A stretch of DNA of 29,492 nucleotides from an uncultured archaeon (GTDB taxonomy: Archaea > Asgardarchaeota > Lokiarchaeia > Sigyniarchaeales > SOKP01). Numbering within the stretch: the stretch's first letter is position 1; each line of letters opens with the position of its first letter. A program made the translations under genes and the position numbers. The stretch is from contig CAZOYD010000046.1 of assembly GCA_964583985.1 (NCBI GenBank), positions 1 through 29,492 of the forward strand, written 5' to 3'. This document shows positions 1 to 11,562 of this stretch, in pieces. The notes below the pieces were generated by a model. That model had not been told where the DNA came from and did no database searches. It saw only the letters and a list, made by a program, of their open reading frames with translations.

Positions 1-2
1 CT

Positions 3-284
<282 letters not shown>

Positions 285-440
285 TAAAAAAATCTACAAG
301 ATTTTCCTAATTGGGTTTTATCACCGAATTGTATAAAAACATTATTGAATAGAAAATAATAGGTGATAAACCTCTATAAAAAGAGGAAAAAATTTCTATA
401 TTGTTTAGTTCTAAAAGATTTAGAAATCTACTTCTACTTA

Positions 441-575
441 TTACTTTGCACTATAACTAGGATTCGGGATTTTAAACTTATATTTGCAAAAAGGACAAGT
501 TGTTTTTATTTTAGGCTTAGTTTCAGTTGTAAATGCAGAAAAGTTTCCTTTACATTTTGGACATACTATTCCCAT
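441..575 (-). CDS. 44-aa zinc-ribbon microprotein (CPKC...CPFC), not in ORF track
   Basis: Manual translation gives MGIVCPKCKGNFSAFTTETKPKIKTTCPFCKYKFKIPNPSYSAK*. It has a GAGAGGA Shine-Dalgarno (584-590) 8 nt upstream of the ATG, tandem TAA TAA stops, and a TTTTATAAAA TATA-like box at about 669-678. Confidence 0.75.
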   Translation of the reverse strand: MGIVCPKCKGNFSAFTTETKPKIKTTCPFCKYKFKIPNPSYSAK

Positions 576-745
576 TTGTTTTATCCTCTCTTTTCTATTT
601 TTAACTTAACTGTAATTCTTTTGGGGGATCCTCTTTTTTAGGAGATACCCTTATTTTCAAGTTGTTCGTTTTATAAAAGGTTAGATGGTTATTTTAAAAA
701 CTTTTGGATCTCTTCTAGTTAATATATAATTCATTAATTTCTTTT

Positions 746-1741
746 TTAAGTATCTTCATTTACATTAAACACTACAAATGGTTCTTCGAATTTAAAAGTA
801 AATCCATTGTCAGTAAGGAATTTCTCTATTCCAATCATGTGTGTCGCTCCAAAAAATACCAAGACTTCATCATTGTTTTCAAGTAATTCTAATATGGAGT
901 CTTCAACCAAATTATTGCGGATGTTCAATAAATACTCCGGGCTTGCTTCTTCTATAATCTTATATTGTTGAGAAACACTTGCCATCAACCATGTTGCTAA
1001 CCTTTCTCTCCTTTGGGATACATTTGGCAAATTTGCTAATTCTACACATGCTAAAATTGATGAAAAAATCATTTGAATTTCTTTCATGACCTCTTTTAGC
1101 ATTTTTTTAGAAGGTTTTTTCAGAAACTGAATTAATAAATCATTAAGATCAACATCTTTCATCATTTTTTGAATATCCAAATCTGTAACTATCCAATTGG
1201 AGCGATTTATTATATCATTTTCATAGTCAATAGCTATAAATTGATGTGATAAATTCATTATTTCTGCCCAATAGAGTTGAACGGGAGCTAAAGTTTGTAT
1301 CGCAAACCTCGTTTTTTCACTGAATTCATAAATTTGTTTTATTTTATCATTCGAATTCTCTACTTCTTTTTTTACTAATTTCCATAACTCATTTATGTCT
1401 TTAGTAAAAAATTTTTTATAAAACCTTTTAAGAAGTTTTTTATATGTGTTATAAAAAGTTTCAGTGTTAGAAGCATTTAATTCTATAAAATCTTCGAAGG
1501 ATTTTATCGAACGTGTGTTATTTTGATCTTTTACTATTATCTTCAAATTTTCGAATAGAGTTGGACGATTTCCAATGAAGTTCACCAAATTTTGGAAATA
1601 AGATGCATTTCCAAGATGAATAACGGGAATTAGACATACTTTTTTGGAGTTTGCGTTATAATAGGTGGAACAGTGAGATAAGAGGGAACTACCATCAAAT
1701 GATAAGAATTCGGTTTTTTCCAATTGACATATCGACCTCAA
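746..1741 (-). CDS. TraB/PrgY/GumN (TIKI-like) family putative metalloprotein
   Basis: Ordered motifs IPVIHLG (H), LFEN (E), IRNNL (RN) and VFFGATHM (GxxH). Start uncertain; a TTG a few codons downstream (LEKTEF) is also plausible. Confidence 0.5.
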   Translation of the reverse strand: MRSICQLEKTEFLSFDGSSLLSHCSTYYNANSKKVCLIPVIHLGNASYFQNLVNFIGNRPTLFENLKIIVKDQNNTRSIKSFEDFIELNASNTETFYNTYKKLLKRFYKKFFTKDINELWKLVKKEVENSNDKIKQIYEFSEKTRFAIQTLAPVQLYWAEIMNLSHQFIAIDYENDIINRSNWIVTDLDIQKMMKDVDLNDLLIQFLKKPSKKMLKEVMKEIQMIFSSILACVELANLPNVSQRRERLATWLMASVSQQYKIIEEASPEYLLNIRNNLVEDSILELLENNDEVLVFFGATHMIGIEKFLTDNGFTFKFEEPFVVFNVNEDT

Positions 1742-1860
1742 TTTATGAATTAAAATATCCTCTTAGTTACTTAGAAAAATTCTGATTTTTTATATATTGT
1801 TATAATAATATGACCTAATAGTACATTTCTTTATCCAAAAAAATAAGAAAAGGAAATAGA

Positions 1861-2841
1861 TTAAACACCCAATAAACTTATTGGAAAAAAGAGCAATACA
1901 GAAAGTAAAGCTGCAGCTGGAAACGTTAATAACCAAATAGCTATTATTTTCCACAATCCTTTTTTTGTTGGAGCACGCCTTGATTTAGCTAGTCCCACAA
2001 CGGAAGCCACAATCATGTGTGAGCCTGAAAGAGGTATTCCTAATACAGTACCAAAAAATAAAATTATTGCAGTGGGGATTTCACTTGCAAATGCAGTACT
2101 TGGGTGGAGTTCAGTAATTGTACCGACATTTTTTATGACTCCTCTTCCCAATATTACAACTCCACTAGCTAAACTCAATCCTGCAAATAATAGGAGTAAA
2201 TTAGTTTCAATACCTATTCCCACTCCTACAACAATTCCTACTGCATTTGAGCAATCATTTCCGGCTCTTGAAAACGCAGTCCAACAAATAACTACAAGAA
2301 GGATATAGGAGAATTTTTTTTCTGTTTTAGCAAAATTATTGAAACCTGACAATTTGTTGATGATGAATTTATGAATTAATTTATAAGTATAATATGTAGC
2401 GATGTACCCAATTACAGGAGATAATATCCACCATATACTCATTTCTAATATTGATAACCAATTAACTCCCATATCACCCCCAAGTAGTAATCCTATTCCA
2501 ATAATTGAACCAATGGTAGCATGAGTAGTAGAAATGGGTAATCCTAATGCAGATGAAAGTATTAACCAAATAGCTGTAGAAATTAAAATCGTAAGGACAA
2601 TCGAATTAGAAATAATGATTAAATCTTCATTTAACAAATCTTTACCGACTGTTTCCGCAACTGCATTCCCCAATAATACAGCTCCCAGTATTGCGAATAT
2701 AGTGGCTAATATTAAAAGTTCCCTCATTGTTAAATTCTTGGAACCATATAATGTAGCCATGGTTTCGTCATTAGCTCCAATGCCGAAACTTATTATTATT
2801 GAAATAGCTAAAAATATTATTATAATCTCTATTGCACCCAT
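1861..2841 (-). CDS. pit: Inorganic phosphate transporter, PiT family
   Basis: GIGAND and AGNDCSNAVG signature motifs, GLPISTTHATIGSIIG and GIPLSGSH motifs; highly hydrophobic. Confidence 0.92.
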   Translation of the reverse strand: MGAIEIIIIFLAISIIISFGIGANDETMATLYGSKNLTMRELLILATIFAILGAVLLGNAVAETVGKDLLNEDLIIISNSIVLTILISTAIWLILSSALGLPISTTHATIGSIIGIGLLLGGDMGVNWLSILEMSIWWILSPVIGYIATYYTYKLIHKFIINKLSGFNNFAKTEKKFSYILLVVICWTAFSRAGNDCSNAVGIVVGVGIGIETNLLLLFAGLSLASGVVILGRGVIKNVGTITELHPSTAFASEIPTAIILFFGTVLGIPLSGSHMIVASVVGLAKSRRAPTKKGLWKIIAIWLLTFPAAALLSVLLFFPISLLGV

Positions 2842-2861
2842 TTTAACCCTTACCTTTAATT

Positions 2862-3515
2862 TTATCTATTTGGATATTTAATAATCAATCCTCTCAAGTA
2901 ATCAGAAGTTTCTTCTGACCAAGAAGAGATGTCATATAAGTAGGTGACTAATTTGGCGGTAACATACACCTTAGTTGGATTATCGTCTTTTTTAAACAGT
3001 TTTTCTAAGAGATTGAATTTAGCCGTCCGAGCCTTTCTCTTGAATTCTTCTACTTCAAAAGTCAACTGGTATGCGCCAGGAAAATCTGTTTCTATGAGAG
3101 TTGCACAATCAATTAATTTTTCTACGCTTTGCGAACAAGCACTGCATAATTCGTTGAATTCATCCTTTATATCATCATAAAGTTTGAAAGGATTTACTTT
3201 TAAAAACCTAGCAAAAAATTCCATCTTATCATTTACTTCATCAAGCATCATTAAAATATTGTATCGATCTTCTACTAAAAATGGAAGTGCTCTTTTGTCT
3301 TTGAATAGAATTTGCACGTATTTATCCTTAATTTCGTCACATTTGTGTTCTGCCTCTATGATTCCGTCTAAAACGCCTTTTTCAAGCCTGTCTTCAATAA
3401 ATTGAGTGACAGCATCATGTAGTATTGCTACTCCACTTAAGGTTTCGGATAAGAATTTATGGTTTATCTCATCTAGATCGTTTTTCTTTTCTTTACCGAT
3501 TTTCATTTTAATCAC
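2862..3515 (-). CDS. DUF47 / PhoU-like phosphate transport regulator
   Basis: EHKCDEIK...LPFLVEDR motif, all-helical 217 aa, directly upstream of PiT (classic pairing). Confidence 0.85.
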   Translation of the reverse strand: MIKMKIGKEKKNDLDEINHKFLSETLSGVAILHDAVTQFIEDRLEKGVLDGIIEAEHKCDEIKDKYVQILFKDKRALPFLVEDRYNILMMLDEVNDKMEFFARFLKVNPFKLYDDIKDEFNELCSACSQSVEKLIDCATLIETDFPGAYQLTFEVEEFKRKARTAKFNLLEKLFKKDDNPTKVYVTAKLVTYLYDISSWSEETSDYLRGLIIKYPNR

Positions 3516-3694
3516 TTTTTAAAATAATCAAATTCTTACATAGAGATATTTTATAATTTATACTCTAACTATTTTTTTTTTAATTTAAAAGATTTCTTTT
3601 TTCGTTCAAATCTGACTTAAATTGATTAAGAACAATCCTTATTTTGAATTATTCCTTCTAACATTTATATACTCATTCAAAAATCATACTGACA

Positions 3695-4252
3695 TTGCCA
3701 GCTATTAAAATAAACAAGAAGGATATCGTGTTCGATCCTCAAGTGCAGACATATTGTAATACTTCGAAATTTAGCTGTCCTAATTATTCACATTCTTGGG
3801 GATGTCCTCCCGTAGCTCCATATTTAGAAAAAAAAATATTCCAATTTCATGAATTCTATCTAATTTATTATAAATACGATTTAAACAAGTACATAAAGGA
3901 TATTAAGAGTAAACATTCACATTTGAGTGAAAAAAAGATACGAAATGATTTTTACCGAAAAGATATCATGCGAGATTATTTAGAAAGTGAAATTCAAGAT
4001 TTTATCAAGAATTATTCAAAACCTTATAAAGAGGTTTTTATCTTGTGGGATGGTTATTGTAGAATTTGTTCAAAGCAAGGAAAAAGTTGTACTTATGATG
4101 ATAATAAACCATGTAGATATCCAGATCAAATACAATATTCAATGGAGGCGGTAGGCATTGATGTAAACAAAACTGTTTCCCATCTAAATTTAAATATAGA
4201 ATGGCCACCAATCCATTATATCTATAGATTTGGTTTGGTCTGCTATGTTTAA
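3695..4252 (+). CDS. DUF2284 predicted metal-binding protein
   Basis: CPNY..SWGCPP, GYCRIC, C..PCRYP and SMEAVGIDV motifs. Confidence 0.8.
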   Translation: MPAIKINKKDIVFDPQVQTYCNTSKFSCPNYSHSWGCPPVAPYLEKKIFQFHEFYLIYYKYDLNKYIKDIKSKHSHLSEKKIRNDFYRKDIMRDYLESEIQDFIKNYSKPYKEVFILWDGYCRICSKQGKSCTYDDNKPCRYPDQIQYSMEAVGIDVNKTVSHLNLNIEWPPIHYIYRFGLVCYV

Positions 4253-4276
4253 ATTTCTTACAACTAGAAAAAAAAT

Positions 4277-5596
<1,320 letters not shown>

Positions 5597-5766
5597 TCAT
5601 AAATAAATTATTTTCCATATATCCTTACATACAATCATTTATTATCTATCAAGATTTAAAAACTTTACAAAATCAATTTTTCTAAATAAATCCAAGAAAA
5701 TAAGTTCAAAATTTTAGCGTAATAGATTAATTTTTATATTTGAATTCTCTTGAGAGTTATAGATAA

Positions 5767-6705
5767 ATGCTTGAAAGAACGATTATTTTTGATCTTTGTC
5801 ATAATGAAATGCTAAATATCGAAGAAGATGAGTTCTCCAATTTTCACATTCTTCTTAAAAGATTAAATTTGAAAATAAAAAAAAATGAAACTGAAGCTTT
5901 AACAGAAAAAGTGCTCCAAAATGCTGATATTCTATTTATTGGTAATCCCATTGATAATTATTTCTCTAATATTGAAATTAAAACAATATGTGATTATGTT
6001 CGAGTAGGTGGAAGTTTATTTCTCGTAAGTGAATACGGTGCTGACTATCTGCAAAAAACTAATCTAAATGATATTGCTGGAAATCACTTTGGAATTTTCT
6101 TCGAGAAAAATCTGGTTAAGGAAATGAAAGATGATGATGAAAAGAATTCCAGCATGATTAAAATTGAACATTTTAATCCACATGAGATTACCAATGGATT
6201 GAGAGAAGTAGTAATAGGTGGGACATGCTCTTTATTTTTGAACAAAGATGCGAGACCATTACTCCAATCTAAAAGCCATGGTCTATGGTCAGAAGTTTTT
6301 AGCAAGGCAAAAGAACAGTGGGTAAAAGAACAAGAACAACAACAAGTTATAGCAGCATATGCAGAATATGGAAAAGGAAAAGTCGTAGCTCTTGGAGATA
6401 TTGACATCTTCACTAACCATTCTTCTATTGGAATAATTTCATTAGACAATCATCAATTCATCCAAAATATGATTGAATGGTTATTGAAATCGGTTGAAGA
6501 ACCAAATGTCATGTCATTTATCCTCAACCAAGTAGGAAATCTACAAAATGAGGTAAAAGATATCAATACCGTTATCAATAATATTATTGAAACCATGACT
6601 ATATTGGAAAAAAGAATATCAATTCTAGAAGAAAGATATAATATTCCATCAGTTTCTAAAAAAAGTGAAAATAGGCAAGAATTCGAAAAAGTTGAAGAAG
6701 AATGA
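5767..6705 (+). CDS. GIFT-domain (IFT52 N-terminal/GldG/DUF4350-like) protein with C-terminal coiled coil
   Basis: IIFDLCHNE...ADILFIGNP...FSNIEIKTICDYVRVGGSLFLVSEYG...TNLNDI...FGIFF and GKGKVVALGDIDIF..DNHQF pattern; heptad-rich C-terminus; no signal peptide. Confidence 0.7.
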   Translation: MLERTIIFDLCHNEMLNIEEDEFSNFHILLKRLNLKIKKNETEALTEKVLQNADILFIGNPIDNYFSNIEIKTICDYVRVGGSLFLVSEYGADYLQKTNLNDIAGNHFGIFFEKNLVKEMKDDDEKNSSMIKIEHFNPHEITNGLREVVIGGTCSLFLNKDARPLLQSKSHGLWSEVFSKAKEQWVKEQEQQQVIAAYAEYGKGKVVALGDIDIFTNHSSIGIISLDNHQFIQNMIEWLLKSVEEPNVMSFILNQVGNLQNEVKDINTVINNIIETMTILEKRISILEERYNIPSVSKKSENRQEFEKVEEE

Positions 6706-6734
6706 CTTTTTCTTCATCAATTTCTTTTTTTTTA
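6706..6734 (+). terminator. Archaeal oligo-T terminator
   Basis: T-runs (ctttttcttc...tttcttttttttt) immediately after the stop codon. Confidence 0.45.
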
Positions 6735-6828
6735 TGAATTAACTAGACCTATAAATTTCTCGCAATATTATTTGTCTTAATTAAACACAACATTTAGAAT
6801 AAGATAGAATTAAATTTGGAGAAATAAC

Positions 6829-8211
6829 ATGAGCGAGAAATCATACGAAGAGATATTTGCAGATTTTGAAGAAATAACGAACAGCTACGATCGAAAGAAT
6901 CAATATTTTGATATATTATATGATTCGAAATCATTAACTAGCATTGCTAAAACGCCTTCTTCAGAAGATTTTTCAATATCTACTAAAAAATCTGGATATG
7001 TTGCTAGGACTTTCATTGATAATTGGCAAGAATATGCATTTGAACAGCGAAATGAGTTGAAATCAATCAAGGAAATCTTACCTAAAGCTGTAAATAAGGG
7101 AGATAATATTGCTACATATGAAGGATGGAAATTCAACAAGGAAGTGATCCCAAAAATCGATTCAACCAGCGTTCCTATTGACGAAAAAATTAAAAAAATT
7201 CGAGAACTCTATGATTATGTAAAATCCTATGATGAACGAATCATCCAAGCAAGAATAAATTACGTGGAAACACTCACGGAACGCATTTTCTTTAATAATG
7301 AAGGATGTCAATTACGACAAGTAATTCCTCGAACAAGACTTGGAGTTATTCCCATAGCAAAAGAAGGACCCGTGGTAGATTATGATTATGCTATAGAATC
7401 GGGTCAAATGGGTTTTGAAATTTTTGATTATTTTTCAACCGAAAAGCTAGATGAAGTTATTCAAAACTCTCTGGAGATGCTAAAAGCAGTATCTCCTCCA
7501 TCTGGGAGAACTACAATTATTTTGGACCCACAAATGGCAGGATTAATAGCACATGAATCATTTGGTCATGGTTTAGAGGCAGACCAAGTAGTGAGAGACC
7601 GAAGCTATTTAAAACAATATTTAAATAAACAAGTTGCAAATGAAGTATGCACGATTTATGATCATCCCTCTATTGAAGCGCAATATAATTCCTATTTTTT
7701 TGATGATGAAGGAATACGTACTGGAAATAATCTTTTGGTGGAAAAAGGGATCCTTAAAAACTTTATTTATGATAGAACGACTGCTGCAAAATTTAAGGCT
7801 ACTCCTCAAGGAAACGGAAGAAGAGAAAGTTTCTGTCATCCTGTTAACGTGAGAATGACGAGTACTTACTTTGGGTCGGGAGACTATGAATTAAACGAGA
7901 TGATTTCAGAAATAAAAAATGGTGTCATGCTCGTACATGGTTCTTTTGGTATGGAAGATCCTTTAGGAGGTGGGCTACAATGCACTTCAAAGAAAGCATA
8001 TCTAATTGAAAATGGAGAAAGAACAAAGATTCTGAAGCAAACAGCTTTAACTGGCTCAGTTTTAGATCTTTTAATGAATATCGATGCAGTTAGTAAAGAT
8101 AAACTTCAAGTAGAAGGGGGAACCTGTGGAAAAGGAAGTGAAGATTACGTACCCGTTACGACTGGGGGAAGTTATTTAAGAGCAAATAATGCATTAATTA
8201 GCCAAGGGTGA
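6829..8211 (+). CDS. tldD: TldD metalloprotease subunit
   Basis: HExxxH (AHESFGHGLEAD), FDDEG, GNGRRES, RMTSTY and C-terminal CGKG. Confidence 0.92.
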   Translation: MSEKSYEEIFADFEEITNSYDRKNQYFDILYDSKSLTSIAKTPSSEDFSISTKKSGYVARTFIDNWQEYAFEQRNELKSIKEILPKAVNKGDNIATYEGWKFNKEVIPKIDSTSVPIDEKIKKIRELYDYVKSYDERIIQARINYVETLTERIFFNNEGCQLRQVIPRTRLGVIPIAKEGPVVDYDYAIESGQMGFEIFDYFSTEKLDEVIQNSLEMLKAVSPPSGRTTIILDPQMAGLIAHESFGHGLEADQVVRDRSYLKQYLNKQVANEVCTIYDHPSIEAQYNSYFFDDEGIRTGNNLLVEKGILKNFIYDRTTAAKFKATPQGNGRRESFCHPVNVRMTSTYFGSGDYELNEMISEIKNGVMLVHGSFGMEDPLGGGLQCTSKKAYLIENGERTKILKQTALTGSVLDLLMNIDAVSKDKLQVEGGTCGKGSEDYVPVTTGGSYLRANNALISQG

Positions 8212-8215
8212 GATT

Positions 8216-9541
8216 ATGACAAATGAAAAATTAAATATAATAGAAAATGGTTTGAAAAAGAAAGGAATTAGTGAGTATGAGATTTATCTTGTCGATCAAA
8301 AATTATATGAAACAATTTTTATGAAAACTGAACCCGATAATGAAAGACAAGCAAGTTCTTTCGAATATTTTATACGAATTCTTGATCAAAGAAAGGACGA
8401 GACTGGTATTGGAGTTATAAATAGTAGTTCATTAAATCCAACGCAAATCGAAAAGAACATCGATCTATGCCAAAAATTATCAAATTTGAATAATAGCTCG
8501 AAATATTCCTTCCCTTTAAAGAAAAAAATAGTCAATATCAAAACTGCTGATGAAAAAATACTAAACGACCCAGTAGGAATAAAGAAAGACCTAAGTGAAG
8601 AATTAATATCAGAAGCAAAAAATCAGAAGGAGGTTTCAACAACATTTGGGCGTTTCAGGATTCATGTAAATGAAGCATTTCTGCGGAATAGCAACGGAGT
8701 CGACCTTAATTCTCTATCCACATTCATTTACATCGAATACGCTTTAAAAGCCCAAAAAGGTCAGAAACTGGCAGAATTTTGGGATTCGGGGTACTATAAA
8801 GAAATTAATCACCTAAATTTATCCAAGCGAATAAAAAATTGGGCAAATATAGCAAAAGATACTCTCATTGCTGAAATTCCTAAATCCAGTGACAATGCGA
8901 CAGTCATTTTCACTCCAGACGTTCTTTCCGAAGCAATCACTCCTGTAGGATTTCATGCTACAGGCATGGCGCATCATCAAAAAATCTCCAGTACCAATCT
9001 TGGGGATGTGGTTGCCAGCGATAATTTCACCTTGTACGATAATGGTCTACTTGAAGGTGGAATGAATACTAGAGCATGGGACGCGGAAGGTAACCCACGA
9101 CAAAAGACTGAAGTAATTTCAAAAGGAGTTTTTAAAAATCGGATATATGATGAGAAGTATGCTTTCTTAGAGAAAAAAAAATCAACTGGAAATGCACGAC
9201 GTGAGGGAAATGGAGTCATTATGAACGGAGGGACAAATTATGATATCGCTGCGGGAGATTTATCCCTAGAAAAAATGATTTCAAAAATAGATGATGGCTA
9301 TTACATCAATAAATTTTCTTGGTTAAATCCGGATAGAATTTCAGGTAATTTTGGGGTTGAAATAAGGAATGGTTATTACATCAGGAATGGCGAACTCAGC
9401 ACACCAATTAAATTAGGAAATGTTAGCGGTAATGTTCTGGAAATGATTAAAAACTGTCTCTTCATCTCTAAAGAAAGAGAGTTCTGTGAAAATGCCCTTC
9501 TTCCATATATTGCGTTTTCGGGCTTAGAGGTTTCGTCCTAA
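8216..9541 (+). CDS. pmbA: PmbA/TldE subunit
   Basis: WDAEGNP, STGNARR and ISGNFGV...GYYIRNGE motifs; lacks HExxxH; starts 4 nt after tldD. Confidence 0.88.
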   Translation: MTNEKLNIIENGLKKKGISEYEIYLVDQKLYETIFMKTEPDNERQASSFEYFIRILDQRKDETGIGVINSSSLNPTQIEKNIDLCQKLSNLNNSSKYSFPLKKKIVNIKTADEKILNDPVGIKKDLSEELISEAKNQKEVSTTFGRFRIHVNEAFLRNSNGVDLNSLSTFIYIEYALKAQKGQKLAEFWDSGYYKEINHLNLSKRIKNWANIAKDTLIAEIPKSSDNATVIFTPDVLSEAITPVGFHATGMAHHQKISSTNLGDVVASDNFTLYDNGLLEGGMNTRAWDAEGNPRQKTEVISKGVFKNRIYDEKYAFLEKKKSTGNARREGNGVIMNGGTNYDIAAGDLSLEKMISKIDDGYYINKFSWLNPDRISGNFGVEIRNGYYIRNGELSTPIKLGNVSGNVLEMIKNCLFISKEREFCENALLPYIAFSGLEVSS

Positions 9542-9675
9542 ATAACAATGTTTTCTTAATTTTTCCTTTTTTTTAATTAATAATTTCGCTTCCCATCAAT
9601 CTCCAGCCAGAAAGAAAAAGTTCTCTTCGCTAATTTTTAATCTTGATTTATTACATGTAATGAAAAAAAAAAGGT

Positions 9676-10902
9676 TTACTTTGAACTCTCAATTTCAACA
9701 TTGATCAAATCATAATCTCTCGATCCTAACCCTAACTCTTCGGCAACTTTGAGTTGAATCTCCCAATGTTTTGAAACTTTACCAGCTTCATTGAGATCAA
9801 GCTTTCCAGATTTGGGATCAAAACGAGGAATGTAAGAAAACCATTCATTACTTGCATTTTTTGGAAGATTTTTAACTTCTGAAAGAATTGAATGAGGATT
9901 TATCATTGATTCATGAGTCAAATCCACGCAAGCTTGATCTAAAGCGACTGGGTCTACTGATGATAATATTCCAATATCTGGAACAAATGGAACATCAGAG
10001 GAACCACAATCACATTGCCACGTAATATCTATTGCATAATTTATGTAAAAAATTTTACTTTCTCCGAAGTAATCTATAACCCCTTTAGCATTATCAACCA
10101 GTTGGGTAATAAATTCCTCGTTCGTGGAACTTCCAATATCAAAAACGCCTTGATCACATATAGATCTGCATAAATAACAATATCTGCATTTATCCCAATC
10201 TTTTTTCAATATTCTATCATTACCCTTAGTTAAAGCTTTAGTCGGGCACACCTTAATACATTTCTCGCAGTCGGGAATGCATTTCTCATAATTAAGGGAG
10301 AATTTCTTGCCCATATGTGCTTGCGCTTTGCCGCCTTTACTCACACAGCCAATACCCAAGTTTTTAATTGCGCCTCCGAATCCCGCACCTGAATGACCCT
10401 TAAAGTGAGAAGCTAAAACGAGATAATCAAATTCTCGTAAACGCCCTCCTACTAATACTTCATTGAATCTCTTTCCATTTATCTTTTGAATTTCATAATC
10501 AGTTCCATCACGACCGTCAAGCATGAAAATTGGTGCTCCCATGGTTTCTTTTGTAAATCCGTGCTGTAGAGCAACGCTCAAGTATTCTCCTTCGTTTGCT
10601 CTCCCACTATATTCGGTATGCATGCCAGATAGGTTTTCAGGCAGCCCCCACCCACAAGATTCTGCTAATGAAGGGATCCCCCCCACATCCTTTATATAAT
10701 CGCACAAGAATCGAAGATATGAAGGTCTTAAATATCTCGTGTTTTCAAGCGCTCCAAAATGAGTTTTCACGACTACCTTATCTCCCGCTTTTATCCTTTC
10801 CTCAAATCCCAATTTTTTCAAAGATAGAGGTCCCTTCACTTTACTCATGCTCTGTTCATAAGACTGAGAACGAGCAGTAAAAAAGTATACATCTGATTTC
10901 AA
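9676..10902 (-). CDS. DUF362 family Fe-S protein with 2x[4Fe-4S] ferredoxin insert
   Basis: VVVKTHFG, SHFKGH..AGFGGAIKNLGIGC, CEKCIKVCP / CRYCYLCRSIC, CDC and DPVALDQACVD motifs. Confidence 0.85.
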   Translation of the reverse strand: MKSDVYFFTARSQSYEQSMSKVKGPLSLKKLGFEERIKAGDKVVVKTHFGALENTRYLRPSYLRFLCDYIKDVGGIPSLAESCGWGLPENLSGMHTEYSGRANEGEYLSVALQHGFTKETMGAPIFMLDGRDGTDYEIQKINGKRFNEVLVGGRLREFDYLVLASHFKGHSGAGFGGAIKNLGIGCVSKGGKAQAHMGKKFSLNYEKCIPDCEKCIKVCPTKALTKGNDRILKKDWDKCRYCYLCRSICDQGVFDIGSSTNEEFITQLVDNAKGVIDYFGESKIFYINYAIDITWQCDCGSSDVPFVPDIGILSSVDPVALDQACVDLTHESMINPHSILSEVKNLPKNASNEWFSYIPRFDPKSGKLDLNEAGKVSKHWEIQLKVAEELGLGSRDYDLINVEIESSK

Positions 10903-10995
10903 GATTATTATTCACTTCCATAATTAAATGTTATTAGTATTATTACTATAAATAATAATCTTTGATATAATTTTACATGAATAAGAAAACGTTCC

Positions 10996-11562
10996 CTATA
11001 TTGTACCGGATTGTTTTAGCATTTTTCTGACTATGGTAAAAAAGACTTTTTCAACATTTTCTCCAGATTTAGAAGAACATTCAATAAAATCAAAAATTTC
11101 TTGTTTTTTACTAATTTCCAATGCATAATCTCCTTCTACTGATCGCTTTCCCAATTTTGCTAAATCAGACTTGCCCCCAACCATTAAAATCGGAATGTGC
11201 TGATCTTGAACCTTTAGAGATTTTTTTAAAACTTCCATCCAATCTTTTAAATGAACCAAACTACTTAAACGCGAAATGTCAAACATAAAGATCCCCCCAG
11301 ATGAACCCATCAAATATCCGGGTAAGAGCTTTCTGAATCGTTCTTCTCCACCAAAATCCCAAATTTGTAATTTAACGTTCATTTTTTCTATGGTTAATTC
11401 TGTTACGTAAAACTCAACCCCAATAGTCATTTTAAAGTCTTCACTAAATTTACCTGTAAGATATCTATTCACTAGAGTGCTCTTTCCTACACCCCCATCT
11501 CCAAAAATACACAATTTATACTGAATGTTATTCATGACACGAGTTCTCCAATCATCATCCAT
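10996..11562 (-). CDS. Rab-like small GTPase (Ras superfamily)
   Basis: G1 GDGGVGKS, effector TIGVEF, KLQIWDFGGEERF, G4 GGKSD, G5 CSSK. Confidence 0.92.
   Translation of the reverse strand: MDDDWRTRVMNNIQYKLCIFGDGGVGKSTLVNRYLTGKFSEDFKMTIGVEFYVTELTIEKMNVKLQIWDFGGEERFRKLLPGYLMGSSGGIFMFDISRLSSLVHLKDWMEVLKKSLKVQDQHIPILMVGGKSDLAKLGKRSVEGDYALEISKKQEIFDFIECSSKSGENVEKVFFTIVRKMLKQSGTI

Noticed and set aside
363-641. 92-aa + strand ORF from the track
   Set aside because: No recognisable motif, and it overlaps antisense the better-supported zinc-ribbon microprotein (441-575, minus).
620-651. Hairpin gggggatcctctttttaggagataccc as ncRNA or riboswitch
   Set aside because: Short, imperfect stem with no recognisable family; insufficient evidence.
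6829-9541. TldD/PmbA as part of a RiPP biosynthetic cluster
   Set aside because: No precursor peptide or modification enzymes are adjacent, and the pair is widespread housekeeping.
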